Of a stretch of 64,000 nt of DNA, positions 42,789-52,450 are shown piece by piece; the first letter of the stretch is position 1; every line of letters begins with the position of its first letter. The position numbers were made by a program, and so were the translations under genes. The notes below the pieces were generated by a model that worked only from the letters and a program-made list of their open reading frames with translations, was not told the DNA's origin and made no database searches. The stretch is from Bdellovibrio sp. GTDB taxonomy: Bacteria > Bdellovibrionota > Bdellovibrionia > Bdellovibrionales > Bdellovibrionaceae. The DNA is taken from NCBI GenBank assembly GCA_036677065.1, contig JAKFBS010000008.1, positions 96,001 to 160,000 of the forward strand, in the 5' to 3' direction.

Positions 42789-45700
42789 GTGAAGCATCGT
42801 CTGCAGTACGTTTATTCTATCCTGCTTTTGGTAGGCCTAATTGTATATTCGGCCTCGGCGTATGCCGTTAATGGTCGCACAACTTATCAAGCTAAAATCT
42901 ACAAACCCGACGGCCAGCCTTTAGAGGCGGTCAGTGTTAATTTTCGTTTTACTGTTTTAGATCCATCATCATCATGCGTACTTTTTATTGAAGACTACGC
43001 AGCCGTTAACATGATCGGCAGTGGTGGATTAACTTCGTTTAGCTTAGGTATGGGAACAAGAACATACCCAGCAAGTGGGCCGACAACATTTGCCACAGTC
43101 TTTGATAACTCAGTCCCGTCATTTGTTTGTCAAACGCCAGGCGTGTACAATCCGGTGCCAACAGATAATAGAAAAGTCGTGATGCAATTTAATGAAGGCT
43201 CGGGTTGGCAAACATTGCCGGCAATGCCGATCAATTCGGTGCCGTATGCGATGTATTCTGCGAAAGCACAAAATTCAACATTACTAAATGGTAAAGCTGA
43301 TTCTGAATTTGTTGAAGTTTCAACATTAGCTGCATTAAATTGCCAGGTAAATGAAGCGATTCATTTTAATGGCGCAACTTTTAGTTGTATCGCGGTCGGC
43401 GTTGCCAGTAGCGGAATTTCAAGCGTCACAACCAGCGGCACAGTTTTATCAACAGGTGGTACAGCCAGCGCGCCAGTGATCTCAATCACAGCCGCCACAA
43501 TGTCGAGTGATGGTTATTTAACGTCGTTAGATTACGCTGAATTTAAAGCAAAACTTTCTGCCAGTAGTACCCAGATTATAAGTACCTTAGGTTATGCGCC
43601 AGTGAGTGGATCTGCGGTAAATACGCAAATTCAAGCTTCAAACTTGGCCGGTGATGTCAGCGGAACAATTGCTGCAAACTTTGTTCAAAGTGTTGGTGGT
43701 AAAACTTCAGCGCAAGTGGCAACAAGTGTCGATGATACGCTAGCTGCAACGTCGTCTTCGACGGCTGATACTATTGTAAAGCGTAATTCTTCAGGCAATT
43801 TTACCGCCAATGATATTTACGCCAATGCTGCAAAATTAAATTACGTCGATATTTATAGACCAAGCACAAGTTTTAATATTCGCTTACAAGCGCCAACCAG
43901 TTTAGCTGCAAATTACACTTTAAATTTACCAACCAGCAGCGGGACCGTGGGCCAAGTGTTATCAACAGATGGTTCAGGAAATTTATCTTGGATCAGTGCT
44001 GCAACCGGTAGCGTAACAAGTGTCAGTGCGACAGCACCGTTGGTTTCAACGGGTGGATCAACGCCGACTATTTCAATCACGCAATCGACGTCTTCAACGA
44101 ATGGTTATTTGTCGTCGGCAGATTGGAATACTTTTAATAATAAACAACAAGCTACACAAGCTGCCATTATTGCAACACTTGGGTACACTCCGGCGAATGC
44201 AACAAGTGCAACGCAATGGACGACTAACGGTGCAGATATTTCTTACAGCACTGGCAATGTCGGTGTTGGCACATCGACTCCGACAGAGCGATTAACAGTT
44301 GGTGCGGGAAAGCTTGCGATTATTAACACAGCCGCTTGGGATCATTTATCTTTTTATCATGCGGGCGCAAATGCTTACTATGATGTCGGTGGTGCCGAAA
44401 ACGGATTAATTATTCGAGTTGATGGTTCTGGTGGCGCAGGATACCCAGCAGTTTCATACACCGAAGTTATGCGTTTAATGCCAAGTGGTAACGTCGGGAT
44501 TGGTACGGCGACTCCTGCATTTTTACTTGATGTTTCTGGAAGCGCCCGCACGGGTAGCGTAAGTAATGGTTCAGTCGTTATGGGAAATGACAACAATGCC
44601 TTTATCGAAATGCGTGAAAATGACAGTGCCGGAACTCCTTATATAGACTTTGTAAATGATCCATCAACTGATTTTGATTTTAGATTAATTTTAAATAGTG
44701 ATGATAGTTTTAGTCTGATGGGTGGTTCTGTCGGCATCGGCACACAAGCGCCATCAGCGTTATTAAATTTAGCCGCGGGCTCAGCCAGTAATGCTCCACT
44801 TAAATTTACTTCAGGAACTTTATTATCGGCGCCGCAATCTGGCACGATGGAGTACGACGGTAATTATTTTTATTTAACTGACAGCGCAAACATTCGCCGA
44901 ACGATTGCTACAGGTTCTGTTGCAGGATCAATTGATAATGCATCTAATATTAATTCGTCAGGTAACATTACGCTGTCGCCAACAGGCTCAGTGATAGTTT
45001 CAAGCACAACGGCTTCAACAGATTCTAGCACCGGTGCTTTGATTGTAAAAGGTGGCTTAGGTGTTGCGGGTGATGCTAACTTCGGAAGTGACGTCAATGT
45101 TGCCGGGCGTGTGGGTATCGGAACATCTGCACCGCAAGCAGCACTTGATGTTTCAGGTGCTATTCGTATTGGTAACAATAACTCGGTTCAGGGTTCAGAT
45201 TTAATTTATGCACGTTACGGAGCGACTTCAGAAACTACAGCCGTGGTCGGAACAAGATATTCTTCAGGTGGATTATTTTTAGGTTACGGCATCAAAGCCG
45301 GGCCTGGGCCTACAGCAGCTGATTATTATCAATCTTCATACGCGGCCAACCTCGGGCGTTCGGTTGTACAACTTGGTCAAGATATCGATTTTTTAACAGC
45401 GTCAAATCAAGCGGCAGCCATTGGTAGTTCTGTCGCAATGACTTCAAGATTTTTTATTTCAAATGCGGGTAATGTAGGTGTGGCAACATCTGCTCCGCGC
45501 CAATTAATTGATGTCGCGCCCGGAAGTGGAAATTCAGTTGTTCGCGCAACAACAGTTGATTCATCAGCCGCGATTCAATTGTATAAAAAAACCGGCGCAG
45601 CTTACAAAGGCCATGCCCTGACCACTCAGGGTAATGATTTATATTTTAATTATGATGCCGTCGAAAATTCTGGCGCAATTCTAATGACTTTATCTGCAAG

Positions 45701-47330
45701 CGGAAGTTTAGGCATCGGCTCAACACCAGGTGAAAAATTAGATGTCTTAGGTAATATGCGTATCGGGGCAACTGATTCAAACTACATTGCCTTTCGCGGA
45801 ACCACTGGCGATGGTGCAGGATCTTACAATCATACTTATATTGGTGAAAGACTGTATAGCGGGGTTGAAGCTTCAGAATTATTATTATTTAAAGGTAATG
45901 ATTCAGACAATGCTTCTGGTCCTGACCGAATCAGAATGGCCGCAGGTAATATCGTGTTTGACACTTACGCTTCACCTGATGCGCCAAGCGGAACTTTTGA
46001 AGCCGTGGCCTCGTCGCCGATGATTACAACAAAAATGATTATTAAAGGTAACGGCGATGTGGGCATTGGAACTTCAGCACCTGTAACTCGATTAGATATT
46101 CGTGGCCCTAATGGTAGCCCATCGTCTTATGCGAGTGGCACTTTAGCTATTAACGGTGGAGGAGTTGCGGCTTTGCTGTTTGGTACAGACGATACAACAG
46201 CAAGTGCTGAGTATGCATGGATTCAGTCGCACGGAACACGGCCGTTACATATTAATAAAGTTGGAAACAGCACGGTGTTAAATGCAAATGGTGGCTACGT
46301 CGGTATTGGTGTGCCATCGCCATCAGAAAAACTTGATGTTGCTGGAAATATTAAAGTGCGTGGGCCGGCGTGGGCTGTCAGCGGAGATAAAGCGATAGTT
46401 CAGTTAGGTAATTCGGGACTTGATTATATCGAAGCCGAACTGAATGGCCCTTTAAAAATGCGATCAGCACAGCCGATTACTTTTGGTCATGACTTAGCTG
46501 GCGGTGAACAAGTTCGTATTACGAATCTTGGTTATGTCGGGATTGGTACTTCTGCGCCAACAACAAAATTAGAAGTTGTCGGTGGTAATATTAATGTGCC
46601 AACAGGCAGAGTTAGTTTTAATGCGGGTACAACAGCAGGTAGCTCAGGTGTTGCAAGCTCTGATACCGGATCTATTTTTGGTGAACATGATCTTGCTTCT
46701 GAAACAAGTCGTTTAGTTTTAGAAATTTATGACAACGTTAATGATCAAATCATAATGCGTACAAATGCTTTATCGGGTGGAGCAAATGTAGATATGGTTA
46801 AAGTGCAATACAATCAAGTATCACTTGCGCCAACGACCGGTAATGTCGGTGTGGGCGTAGAAACGCCAACTTCAAAATTACAGGTTAATGGTGGTATCAA
46901 GCAGCCAAATCACGGGCAAATATGGTTTTCGTGGGATGGCGTAACACGAATTGCTTCAATGCCGACATTCTTAACTGATGCTTACATGAATACACATCAA
47001 GACGAAGTTTTCACATGGCGTGCTCCTGCGCCGAGTTTGAAAGATACTGTAGGTTGTGGTGCTGGGCCTTCAGCAGGGTACATGTTTTCGAATGCTGGAG
47101 ACTCAACCTGGGGCGGAACTTATCGCTTAGTTATCGGTAAAGCCGGCGCAACAAACATCGTGGATATTCAGTATGCTGGTTGGGGTGCGCAACTTCTGGA
47201 TGCCAGTTTTGGAACTGTAACTGGTATATCAAACGGATCTGTTAACGCGACAATGACATTTTCTGGTGGTGTTTGGACGGTTGAACACATGCAAGGTCAG
47301 GTCGAGACAACCCCATTTTCTTGTCATTAA
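42789..47330 (+). CDS. MAT-like fibre adhesin (1513 aa), no S74 chaperone
   Basis: Signal peptide ending AYA; NGRTTYQAKI-KPDG N-terminal domain; SVPYA motif; many GNVGIGT repeats; modules shared with the other fibres. Confidence 0.9.
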   Translation: MKHRLQYVYSILLLVGLIVYSASAYAVNGRTTYQAKIYKPDGQPLEAVSVNFRFTVLDPSSSCVLFIEDYAAVNMIGSGGLTSFSLGMGTRTYPASGPTTFATVFDNSVPSFVCQTPGVYNPVPTDNRKVVMQFNEGSGWQTLPAMPINSVPYAMYSAKAQNSTLLNGKADSEFVEVSTLAALNCQVNEAIHFNGATFSCIAVGVASSGISSVTTSGTVLSTGGTASAPVISITAATMSSDGYLTSLDYAEFKAKLSASSTQIISTLGYAPVSGSAVNTQIQASNLAGDVSGTIAANFVQSVGGKTSAQVATSVDDTLAATSSSTADTIVKRNSSGNFTANDIYANAAKLNYVDIYRPSTSFNIRLQAPTSLAANYTLNLPTSSGTVGQVLSTDGSGNLSWISAATGSVTSVSATAPLVSTGGSTPTISITQSTSSTNGYLSSADWNTFNNKQQATQAAIIATLGYTPANATSATQWTTNGADISYSTGNVGVGTSTPTERLTVGAGKLAIINTAAWDHLSFYHAGANAYYDVGGAENGLIIRVDGSGGAGYPAVSYTEVMRLMPSGNVGIGTATPAFLLDVSGSARTGSVSNGSVVMGNDNNAFIEMRENDSAGTPYIDFVNDPSTDFDFRLILNSDDSFSLMGGSVGIGTQAPSALLNLAAGSASNAPLKFTSGTLLSAPQSGTMEYDGNYFYLTDSANIRRTIATGSVAGSIDNASNINSSGNITLSPTGSVIVSSTTASTDSSTGALIVKGGLGVAGDANFGSDVNVAGRVGIGTSAPQAALDVSGAIRIGNNNSVQGSDLIYARYGATSETTAVVGTRYSSGGLFLGYGIKAGPGPTAADYYQSSYAANLGRSVVQLGQDIDFLTASNQAAAIGSSVAMTSRFFISNAGNVGVATSAPRQLIDVAPGSGNSVVRATTVDSSAAIQLYKKTGAAYKGHALTTQGNDLYFNYDAVENSGAILMTLSASGSLGIGSTPGEKLDVLGNMRIGATDSNYIAFRGTTGDGAGSYNHTYIGERLYSGVEASELLLFKGNDSDNASGPDRIRMAAGNIVFDTYASPDAPSGTFEAVASSPMITTKMIIKGNGDVGIGTSAPVTRLDIRGPNGSPSSYASGTLAINGGGVAALLFGTDDTTASAEYAWIQSHGTRPLHINKVGNSTVLNANGGYVGIGVPSPSEKLDVAGNIKVRGPAWAVSGDKAIVQLGNSGLDYIEAELNGPLKMRSAQPITFGHDLAGGEQVRITNLGYVGIGTSAPTTKLEVVGGNINVPTGRVSFNAGTTAGSSGVASSDTGSIFGEHDLASETSRLVLEIYDNVNDQIIMRTNALSGGANVDMVKVQYNQVSLAPTTGNVGVGVETPTSKLQVNGGIKQPNHGQIWFSWDGVTRIASMPTFLTDAYMNTHQDEVFTWRAPAPSLKDTVGCGAGPSAGYMFSNAGDSTWGGTYRLVIGKAGATNIVDIQYAGWGAQLLDASFGTVTGISNGSVNATMTFSGGVWTVEHMQGQVETTPFSCH

Positions 47331-48079
47331 CTTTGTTTTTTACGTTTGCTAAAAGCTTTAGTGAACGGCGATTCCCACGGGCGTAAGCCAATCACTAAAC
47401 CAAAATCTTTCGTGTTCGGATGATTTCTGTGGCTGTCAGATTCGGCCATAAGTTCTTTGCTGATCTGTAAAAGTTTTTGTCTTAATTTTTGTGGGCCACC
47501 GGGCACAAAATTTAAATTTAAAAACGTGAAAAAATCATCATTTTCATTAAATTTGGTTTCAAAAAATTTTGTTTTCATCAGGGTTTCTAAATGCTGGCCA
47601 AGGGGGCCTTCTTTACGAAAGCGTAACTGACCATCGAATTTACGTTTGATGCGGTTCTTAGTTTGAACTTCTAATAAACCCCATTTTTCTAATTGATTAA
47701 GAATGCGAATGTTTTTTTCTGCTGACACTGTATAGTCACGTAAAATTTCTGTCGGACTGAAACCCTCTAGAATCAGTAAAAAATAATGAAGTGCTTCGGG
47801 ATCTTTAACTAAACGATTTTCTTGCTCGGGCGTTAAATAAAAAAGTTCAGTGCTTTTTTCAAAAGGAATGCGCTGTAAAAATTCGCCCACAGAAATATTC
47901 ATTAATTCGCAGGCCGTTTCTATTTTTGAAAGACTAATATCTTCTGAAGCCATGATTCGCTTGGTGCTTGATACTGATAGCTTCCAGGTCTTGGCAAGAT
48001 CTGAGTAACTTAGACCGCGCAGCTTAAGGTGTGATTTTAAGTTTTCTATAATTAAAGTCGTGTTTGATCCTGTACTCAT
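47327..48079 (-). CDS. XRE/Cro-CI family HTH transcriptional regulator
   Basis: LKSHLKLRGLSYSDLAKTWKLSVSSTKRIM...ISLSKIETAC N-terminal HTH; C-terminal GLRPW. Confidence 0.8.
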   Translation of the reverse strand: MSTGSNTTLIIENLKSHLKLRGLSYSDLAKTWKLSVSSTKRIMASEDISLSKIETACELMNISVGEFLQRIPFEKSTELFYLTPEQENRLVKDPEALHYFLLILEGFSPTEILRDYTVSAEKNIRILNQLEKWGLLEVQTKNRIKRKFDGQLRFRKEGPLGQHLETLMKTKFFETKFNENDDFFTFLNLNFVPGGPQKLRQKLLQISKELMAESDSHRNHPNTKDFGLVIGLRPWESPFTKAFSKRKKQS

Positions 48080-48121
48080 TACATAGATTCTGCATTAATC
48101 CGAGACGGCGAGCAAGTCAAA

Positions 48122-48160
48122 GTATCACAATATAATACTTATGGTACTAATAAGTAATAC
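48122..48160. promoter_or_regulatory. Tandem inverted-repeat operator
   Basis: GTATCA-N5-TAATAC (48122-48138) and GTACTA-N5-TAATAC (48144-48160), 22 bp apart. Confidence 0.6.
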
Positions 48161-48222
48161 CTTGAAACACGCTCTTTATTTCGGGTCTAGGATTGTCGAT
48201 ACTTAGAAGTAAGGAGATTGTT

Positions 48223-48369
48223 ATGAAAAAATGGTTCACCCTATTAAAACAAGCTTTCTTTAAATCAAGCGCCCCTGAATTTTACTACTTAGATGAGATG
48301 AAGAATTTCGAAGTTCAAGAAGACCTGCGAAGAAGTGAATACCTAAGAGCTTTTTCTAAAGCAGCTTAG
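48223..48369 (+). CDS. Small protein (48 aa), absent from the ORF track
   Basis: AAGGAG RBS; MKKWFTLLKQAFFKSSAPEFYYLDEMKNFEVQEDLRRSEYLRAFSKAA*; followed by a terminator. Confidence 0.65.
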   Translation: MKKWFTLLKQAFFKSSAPEFYYLDEMKNFEVQEDLRRSEYLRAFSKAA

Positions 48370-48376
48370 AGTTAAG

Positions 48377-48408
48377 AAAAGAATGCAGCCTAAGCTGCAT
48401 TCTTTTTT
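48377..48408. terminator. Bidirectional intrinsic terminator
   Basis: AAAAGAATGCAGC-CTAA-GCTGCATTCTTTTTT, overlapping the permease stop codon. Confidence 0.75.
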
Positions 48409-49205
48409 AAAATCATGACGGGTATACATAAAATCGGTAAGCTCGTAAGAATTACGACCAGAACTGCGCCAACCGGCAGATCCAGTTTATAACTGACGAT
48501 CATTCCAATAAGACTTACAATCGCTCCTAAGCCCCAGCCAAACAGTAATCTTTTTCCAATTGTATTTGCAAAAAGTGAACTTAAGACTGAAGGCACTATT
48601 AAGAACGAAAACACTAACAGCACGCCGGCAATCGAAGTAGATGAAGTAATCACTACACCAAATAAAGCGTAAAAAAGAAAATCCCAAAACCAATGGCCCT
48701 GCTGATTTTCAAAAGAGTTACGCATAAATTTATCTCTGAAATACCAGTGAATAAAACCAACACCCGAATAGATCAGAAAAGTTTTTAAAACATCATCCCA
48801 GCTGACCCAAAGAATTTGCCCAACCAGGGCTTCTTTAAGATGTTCAGCACCGTGAGCTAATCGATCAATGACAAGCACGACTGCTGCAGAGGCAAAAGCA
48901 TAGGTAATGCCGATCAATGCTTCTTGCGGAATCTTTTTTTCAAATCGTCTGGCCATTGCAAATATCGCAGCAGCAATAAAGGTTGCGCCCAGTGAAATAA
49001 AATATCCAGAGGCAGAAGTGTGTTCAGGGTCCCAAATTAAAGCTAAGGTCGCCCCAAATGAGGCGACCTGTGCAAGACTTAAATCAACAAATACTACACC
49101 GCGAGCTAAAACGTGAATTCCTAAATAGCAGTGAATCACGACTAGTAAAAGACACATCACAAACGGGGCTAGTAAAAATTGAATAGCATCCATATTATTT
49201 GGCAC
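48390..49205 (-). CDS. Metal ABC transporter permease (ABC-3/ZnuB-like)
   Basis: YLGIHVLARGVVFVDLSLAQ, EALIGITY and AGVLLVFSFLIVP motifs. Confidence 0.85.
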   Translation of the reverse strand: MPNNMDAIQFLLAPFVMCLLLVVIHCYLGIHVLARGVVFVDLSLAQVASFGATLALIWDPEHTSASGYFISLGATFIAAAIFAMARRFEKKIPQEALIGITYAFASAAVVLVIDRLAHGAEHLKEALVGQILWVSWDDVLKTFLIYSGVGFIHWYFRDKFMRNSFENQQGHWFWDFLFYALFGVVITSSTSIAGVLLVFSFLIVPSVLSSLFANTIGKRLLFGWGLGAIVSLIGMIVSYKLDLPVGAVLVVILTSLPILCIPVMILKKNAA

Positions 49206-50094
49206 TCTCTAGGGCTTTAACCAGTTGCTCAGTCACATCTTCAAGTTTGTTTAAACCAGGTTGTGCTTCAACTGAAATACCTACCGATATCACTTTAGCT
49301 TTGGGCACATCTTTAATAATACGTTCAGCAATTTTGGTGTCAAAAAAACTATCTACCAAAATTAATTTGATGTTTTGTTTTTTCATCGTGTTAATCACTG
49401 AAAGCACATGCTGCGCTGAAGGCGGAACACCGGGTTTAGCTTCTAAATAAATGGGTGCTTTTAACCCGAATCGATCCAAGAAATAATTAAGTGACGGGTG
49501 ATAAGTCACCAGTTCTTTAATTTCAGTTTTTTGAATACGCATAGTCCAGTCAGCCATTTTTTTAGAAACAGATTCTTGAAACAGCTTAGCATTAGCTGCA
49601 TAAATTAGTTTATTGGCGCTATCTAATTCAGAAAGTTTTTCTGCGATTTTTACTGCCAGCTCGCTTAAACGAACCGGATCAAGCATAAAGTGCGGATTAC
49701 CTTCAGGATGAACATCACCCATCGCTCGTGTTACATTCACAGTGGGCTTATCAAGAGGAGTAATCAAAGAACCTAGTTCCATATACCCTGACGAAGCCGC
49801 TGAGATTTTTGGATTACGCGCACCTTTTAGTAAAGTCGGAAGCCAGCCAATTTCTAGTGATAAACCATTTGATACGATTAAATCTGCATCACGCATTTTT
49901 ACCATATACGAAGGTTTAGCTTCGATATAGTGGGGGTCTTGCGACCCCTTGGCGATTTGTGAAAGATTCACGGTATCACCAGCCACCACTTTAACAAGGG
50001 CTGCGATATCTGCAGTTGTTGCCACGACATTTAATTTAGCCTGTGCTATCGATGTCATTGCAATCATGAAAAAACATATTAAATAAATTTTCAT
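49195..50094 (-). CDS. Metal ABC transporter substrate-binding protein (ZnuA/TroA-like)
   Basis: QDPHYIEAKPS, GDVHPEGNPHFMLDP and VTYH motifs; signal peptide. Confidence 0.9.
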   Translation of the reverse strand: MKIYLICFFMIAMTSIAQAKLNVVATTADIAALVKVVAGDTVNLSQIAKGSQDPHYIEAKPSYMVKMRDADLIVSNGLSLEIGWLPTLLKGARNPKISAASSGYMELGSLITPLDKPTVNVTRAMGDVHPEGNPHFMLDPVRLSELAVKIAEKLSELDSANKLIYAANAKLFQESVSKKMADWTMRIQKTEIKELVTYHPSLNYFLDRFGLKAPIYLEAKPGVPPSAQHVLSVINTMKKQNIKLILVDSFFDTKIAERIIKDVPKAKVISVGISVEAQPGLNKLEDVTEQLVKALESAK

Positions 50095-50104
50095 AAGCTA
50101 ACCT

Positions 50105-51193
50105 TTAGTAGGCATGGGCGGGATGAGCACCGATGCTGTAATTAAATTGCACTAGCACACGTTTTTCATCGTCGGTAGCACCATCTTTTAATTGATCATA
50201 CTGTAGTCTGATTCCAGAAAACTCTGAAGGAATATATCCAATTAACAAAGATTGTTTTTTTTGTTTTTCAGGTAACGGTTCAGTTAAAGAGGGATCTTGT
50301 TCTTTAAATGTTAGCTCTTCACCGCGTACTTGTAACCACCAGCGGCGTGCAAATTGATATTGAATCCAAGTAGCAAAGCCTTCGGCTTTTTCTGTAAAAG
50401 CGGTTCTGTTTTGCTTACGTTGCAGAAGTTCTGTTGACCAGCTTGCCGAGCGCGATTCATTAGCGCGCCATTTGAAAGTTAAGTCAGCGCCTGCAAGATT
50501 TGTTTTTTCTTCATCGATGTTTTTACCATTTGCTCCTGAAAGTCCAAGTTCAAAAGTTAAATCAGCATTGATATCCCACAGGTTTTTAAGATGCGCTAAG
50601 GCTACAGTGCTGTTAGCAGCTGATGAGTTAAAATAATCTAACCCTTCAGAGCGGCCAGAAATACCTTGTAGTGTTAACTCAGAAAACCAAGAAGTCGGAA
50701 ACAACACAGAAGCTGATAAGCCCACATCATTTAAGCCTTCGTCACCCAGTAAATATTGATTAGCTAAAGGCGCATCAATAAAAGGAAAGGCATGTGTGTG
50801 AAGTGCATTGTGTTTTCCGAAAGCAGTTTTGAATTTACCGATTTTTAGAGTCACAAAAGGTAAATCTAAACTTTCAGCGAAGGCCTCTTCGGGTTCAAAC
50901 ACAAATTCTCTTTCGGGCGGTACAACACTATCGTCATACTCTTGGTGTAAGGCAAAAGTACTGGTAAAACGCCAGTAAGGATCTACATCGGCAGAAAACT
51001 GCAGCTCAGCTTCTTGCACAGCTAGTCCATTCGGATTTTCAACATTGGCATCATTGCCGCGGTTTGAATTTTGATAAAGAAATAAAGTGTTGATCCCAAT
51101 GTCTGGGTTAAAAGAATTGCCGCGCGATTTTATGGTTTGGGCAAATACTTGAGTCGAAAATAATATAATAAAAAAATAACTGAACAGTTTCAT
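50105..51193 (-). CDS. Outer-membrane beta-barrel protein associated with metal uptake
   Basis: Signal peptide; FNPDIG, EAELQFSADVDPY, HNALHTHAFPFIDAP and terminal IGAHPAHAY; alternating beta-strand pattern. Confidence 0.8.
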   Translation of the reverse strand: MKLFSYFFIILFSTQVFAQTIKSRGNSFNPDIGINTLFLYQNSNRGNDANVENPNGLAVQEAELQFSADVDPYWRFTSTFALHQEYDDSVVPPEREFVFEPEEAFAESLDLPFVTLKIGKFKTAFGKHNALHTHAFPFIDAPLANQYLLGDEGLNDVGLSASVLFPTSWFSELTLQGISGRSEGLDYFNSSAANSTVALAHLKNLWDINADLTFELGLSGANGKNIDEEKTNLAGADLTFKWRANESRSASWSTELLQRKQNRTAFTEKAEGFATWIQYQFARRWWLQVRGEELTFKEQDPSLTEPLPEKQKKQSLLIGYIPSEFSGIRLQYDQLKDGATDDEKRVLVQFNYSIGAHPAHAY

Positions 51194-51247
51194 AAAAACT
51201 CCGTTGTATAAAATTAATAGGTCAAAATTTAAATAGATTGTTTAAAC

Positions 51248-51598
51248 TTAGACTACGGGCGGAGCACGGGCTTGATGATAGTTGCTGTCACTGTAAGAAA
51301 TCCAGTAGGGGATTAGGGTAGGCCTGATGTTTTGAATGGCTAAAACGTGAACTTGGGGGCTTGAGTCTAAAACTACAAACGGCTGTGGGTGCTGATTAGC
51401 AATAAGTTGTAAAAACTTACAGTGTTTGTGTAGTTCTTGAAGTGAAGCCGTTGCCGAGCCATTGACCGCGTGTAAAGCTTCAATTTCAGGTTCGCTCTCA
51501 TTCGAAAGTAAATGCGTTAATTCATGAAGTTGCTGCATGAAAAACTGCGCAACGATAAAGCTAAAGATAAGAAAAAATCTGACAGCGTGAATTCTCAT
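51248..51598 (-). CDS. DUF2946-like leader protein with C-terminal RAPP motif (putative ribosome-arrest metal sensor)
   Basis: N-terminal hydrophobic segment, LHELTH and HKHC, ends QARAPPVV; first ORF of the metal-uptake operon. Confidence 0.75.
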   Translation of the reverse strand: MRIHAVRFFLIFSFIVAQFFMQQLHELTHLLSNESEPEIEALHAVNGSATASLQELHKHCKFLQLIANQHPQPFVVLDSSPQVHVLAIQNIRPTLIPYWISYSDSNYHQARAPPVV

Positions 51599-51701
51599 TT
51601 ACCCAATCAACCTATAAAGAAATAACTAGGAAGTAAACTGAATAGCTTGACGCGAATGGCATAATTGACTCCAAAGCCAGTAAAGCAGAAATTAATAGCA
51701 A

Positions 51702-52295
51702 ATGGAAAAACCAATAGATTTTACTCAAATCAAAGAATTCACCGATCATGTATTTCAAAATCTGGATTTGCGTCAGCAAGTTATCGAAGGCTGTAGTTTT
51801 GATGCCTGCACCTTTAATCAAAGTTCTTTTAGTGGCGCCACGCTAAAAAACTGCCGCTTCGTCGATTGTATCTTTGAACATTGTGATCTAAGTAATACGC
51901 AATTAACCAGTTCGACTTTACGCTCGGTTAAATTTCAAAATTCAAAATTAGTCGGCATTAATTGGACAGCAGCTTCTGAAGTCATGCATTTAGCTTGGTA
52001 TGAATGTATTTTAAATTACGGAAACTTTTCTGGCCTAGATTTGCGCAAATGTGTTTTATTTCAGTGCATGGCTATTGAAGCTGACTTTATTCAAACTAAT
52101 TTCAGCGAAGCCAATTTGGGCGCAACCGATTTCGCCTCGGCAAGATTTGCTTCAACTAATTTAATAAAAGCTGATTTTCGCCAAGCCAGAAATTATTCGA
52201 TTCGCCCCGACAGCAATAAAATTAAAAATGCGAAATTTTCACTGCCAGAAGCTACACTTTTACTTTACGGCTTAGATATTATTTTAGAGCAGTAA
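51702..52295 (+). CDS. Pentapeptide repeat protein
   Basis: Regular 5-residue periodicity (CSFDA, CTFNQ, SSFSG, ATLKN, CRFVD...). Confidence 0.9.
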   Translation: MEKPIDFTQIKEFTDHVFQNLDLRQQVIEGCSFDACTFNQSSFSGATLKNCRFVDCIFEHCDLSNTQLTSSTLRSVKFQNSKLVGINWTAASEVMHLAWYECILNYGNFSGLDLRKCVLFQCMAIEADFIQTNFSEANLGATDFASARFASTNLIKADFRQARNYSIRPDSNKIKNAKFSLPEATLLLYGLDIILEQ

Positions 52296-52415
52296 GACCG
52301 CTTTTAATCGAGATAATAGCGATTTAAAGCGGGGTTCGTTTAATTAGATCTCAGCTAGCTCTTAATCGCGTAAATAAAATATTGCTTAGAATGTCTCATT
52401 CTGAATCAAAGTAAG

Positions 52416-52443
52416 TTAAGTTAACTGCAGTAAACGTCGATAT
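52416..52443 (+). promoter_or_regulatory. Putative sigma28 promoter
   Basis: TTAAG-N15-GTCGATAT, ending 7 nt before ATG 52451. Confidence 0.68.
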
Positions 52444-52450
52444 AGTAGTC

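Noticed and set aside
51702..52295. Qnr-type quinolone resistance gene
   Set aside because: Pentapeptide repeats alone do not show this; no mobile context or Qnr-specific feature was recognised.
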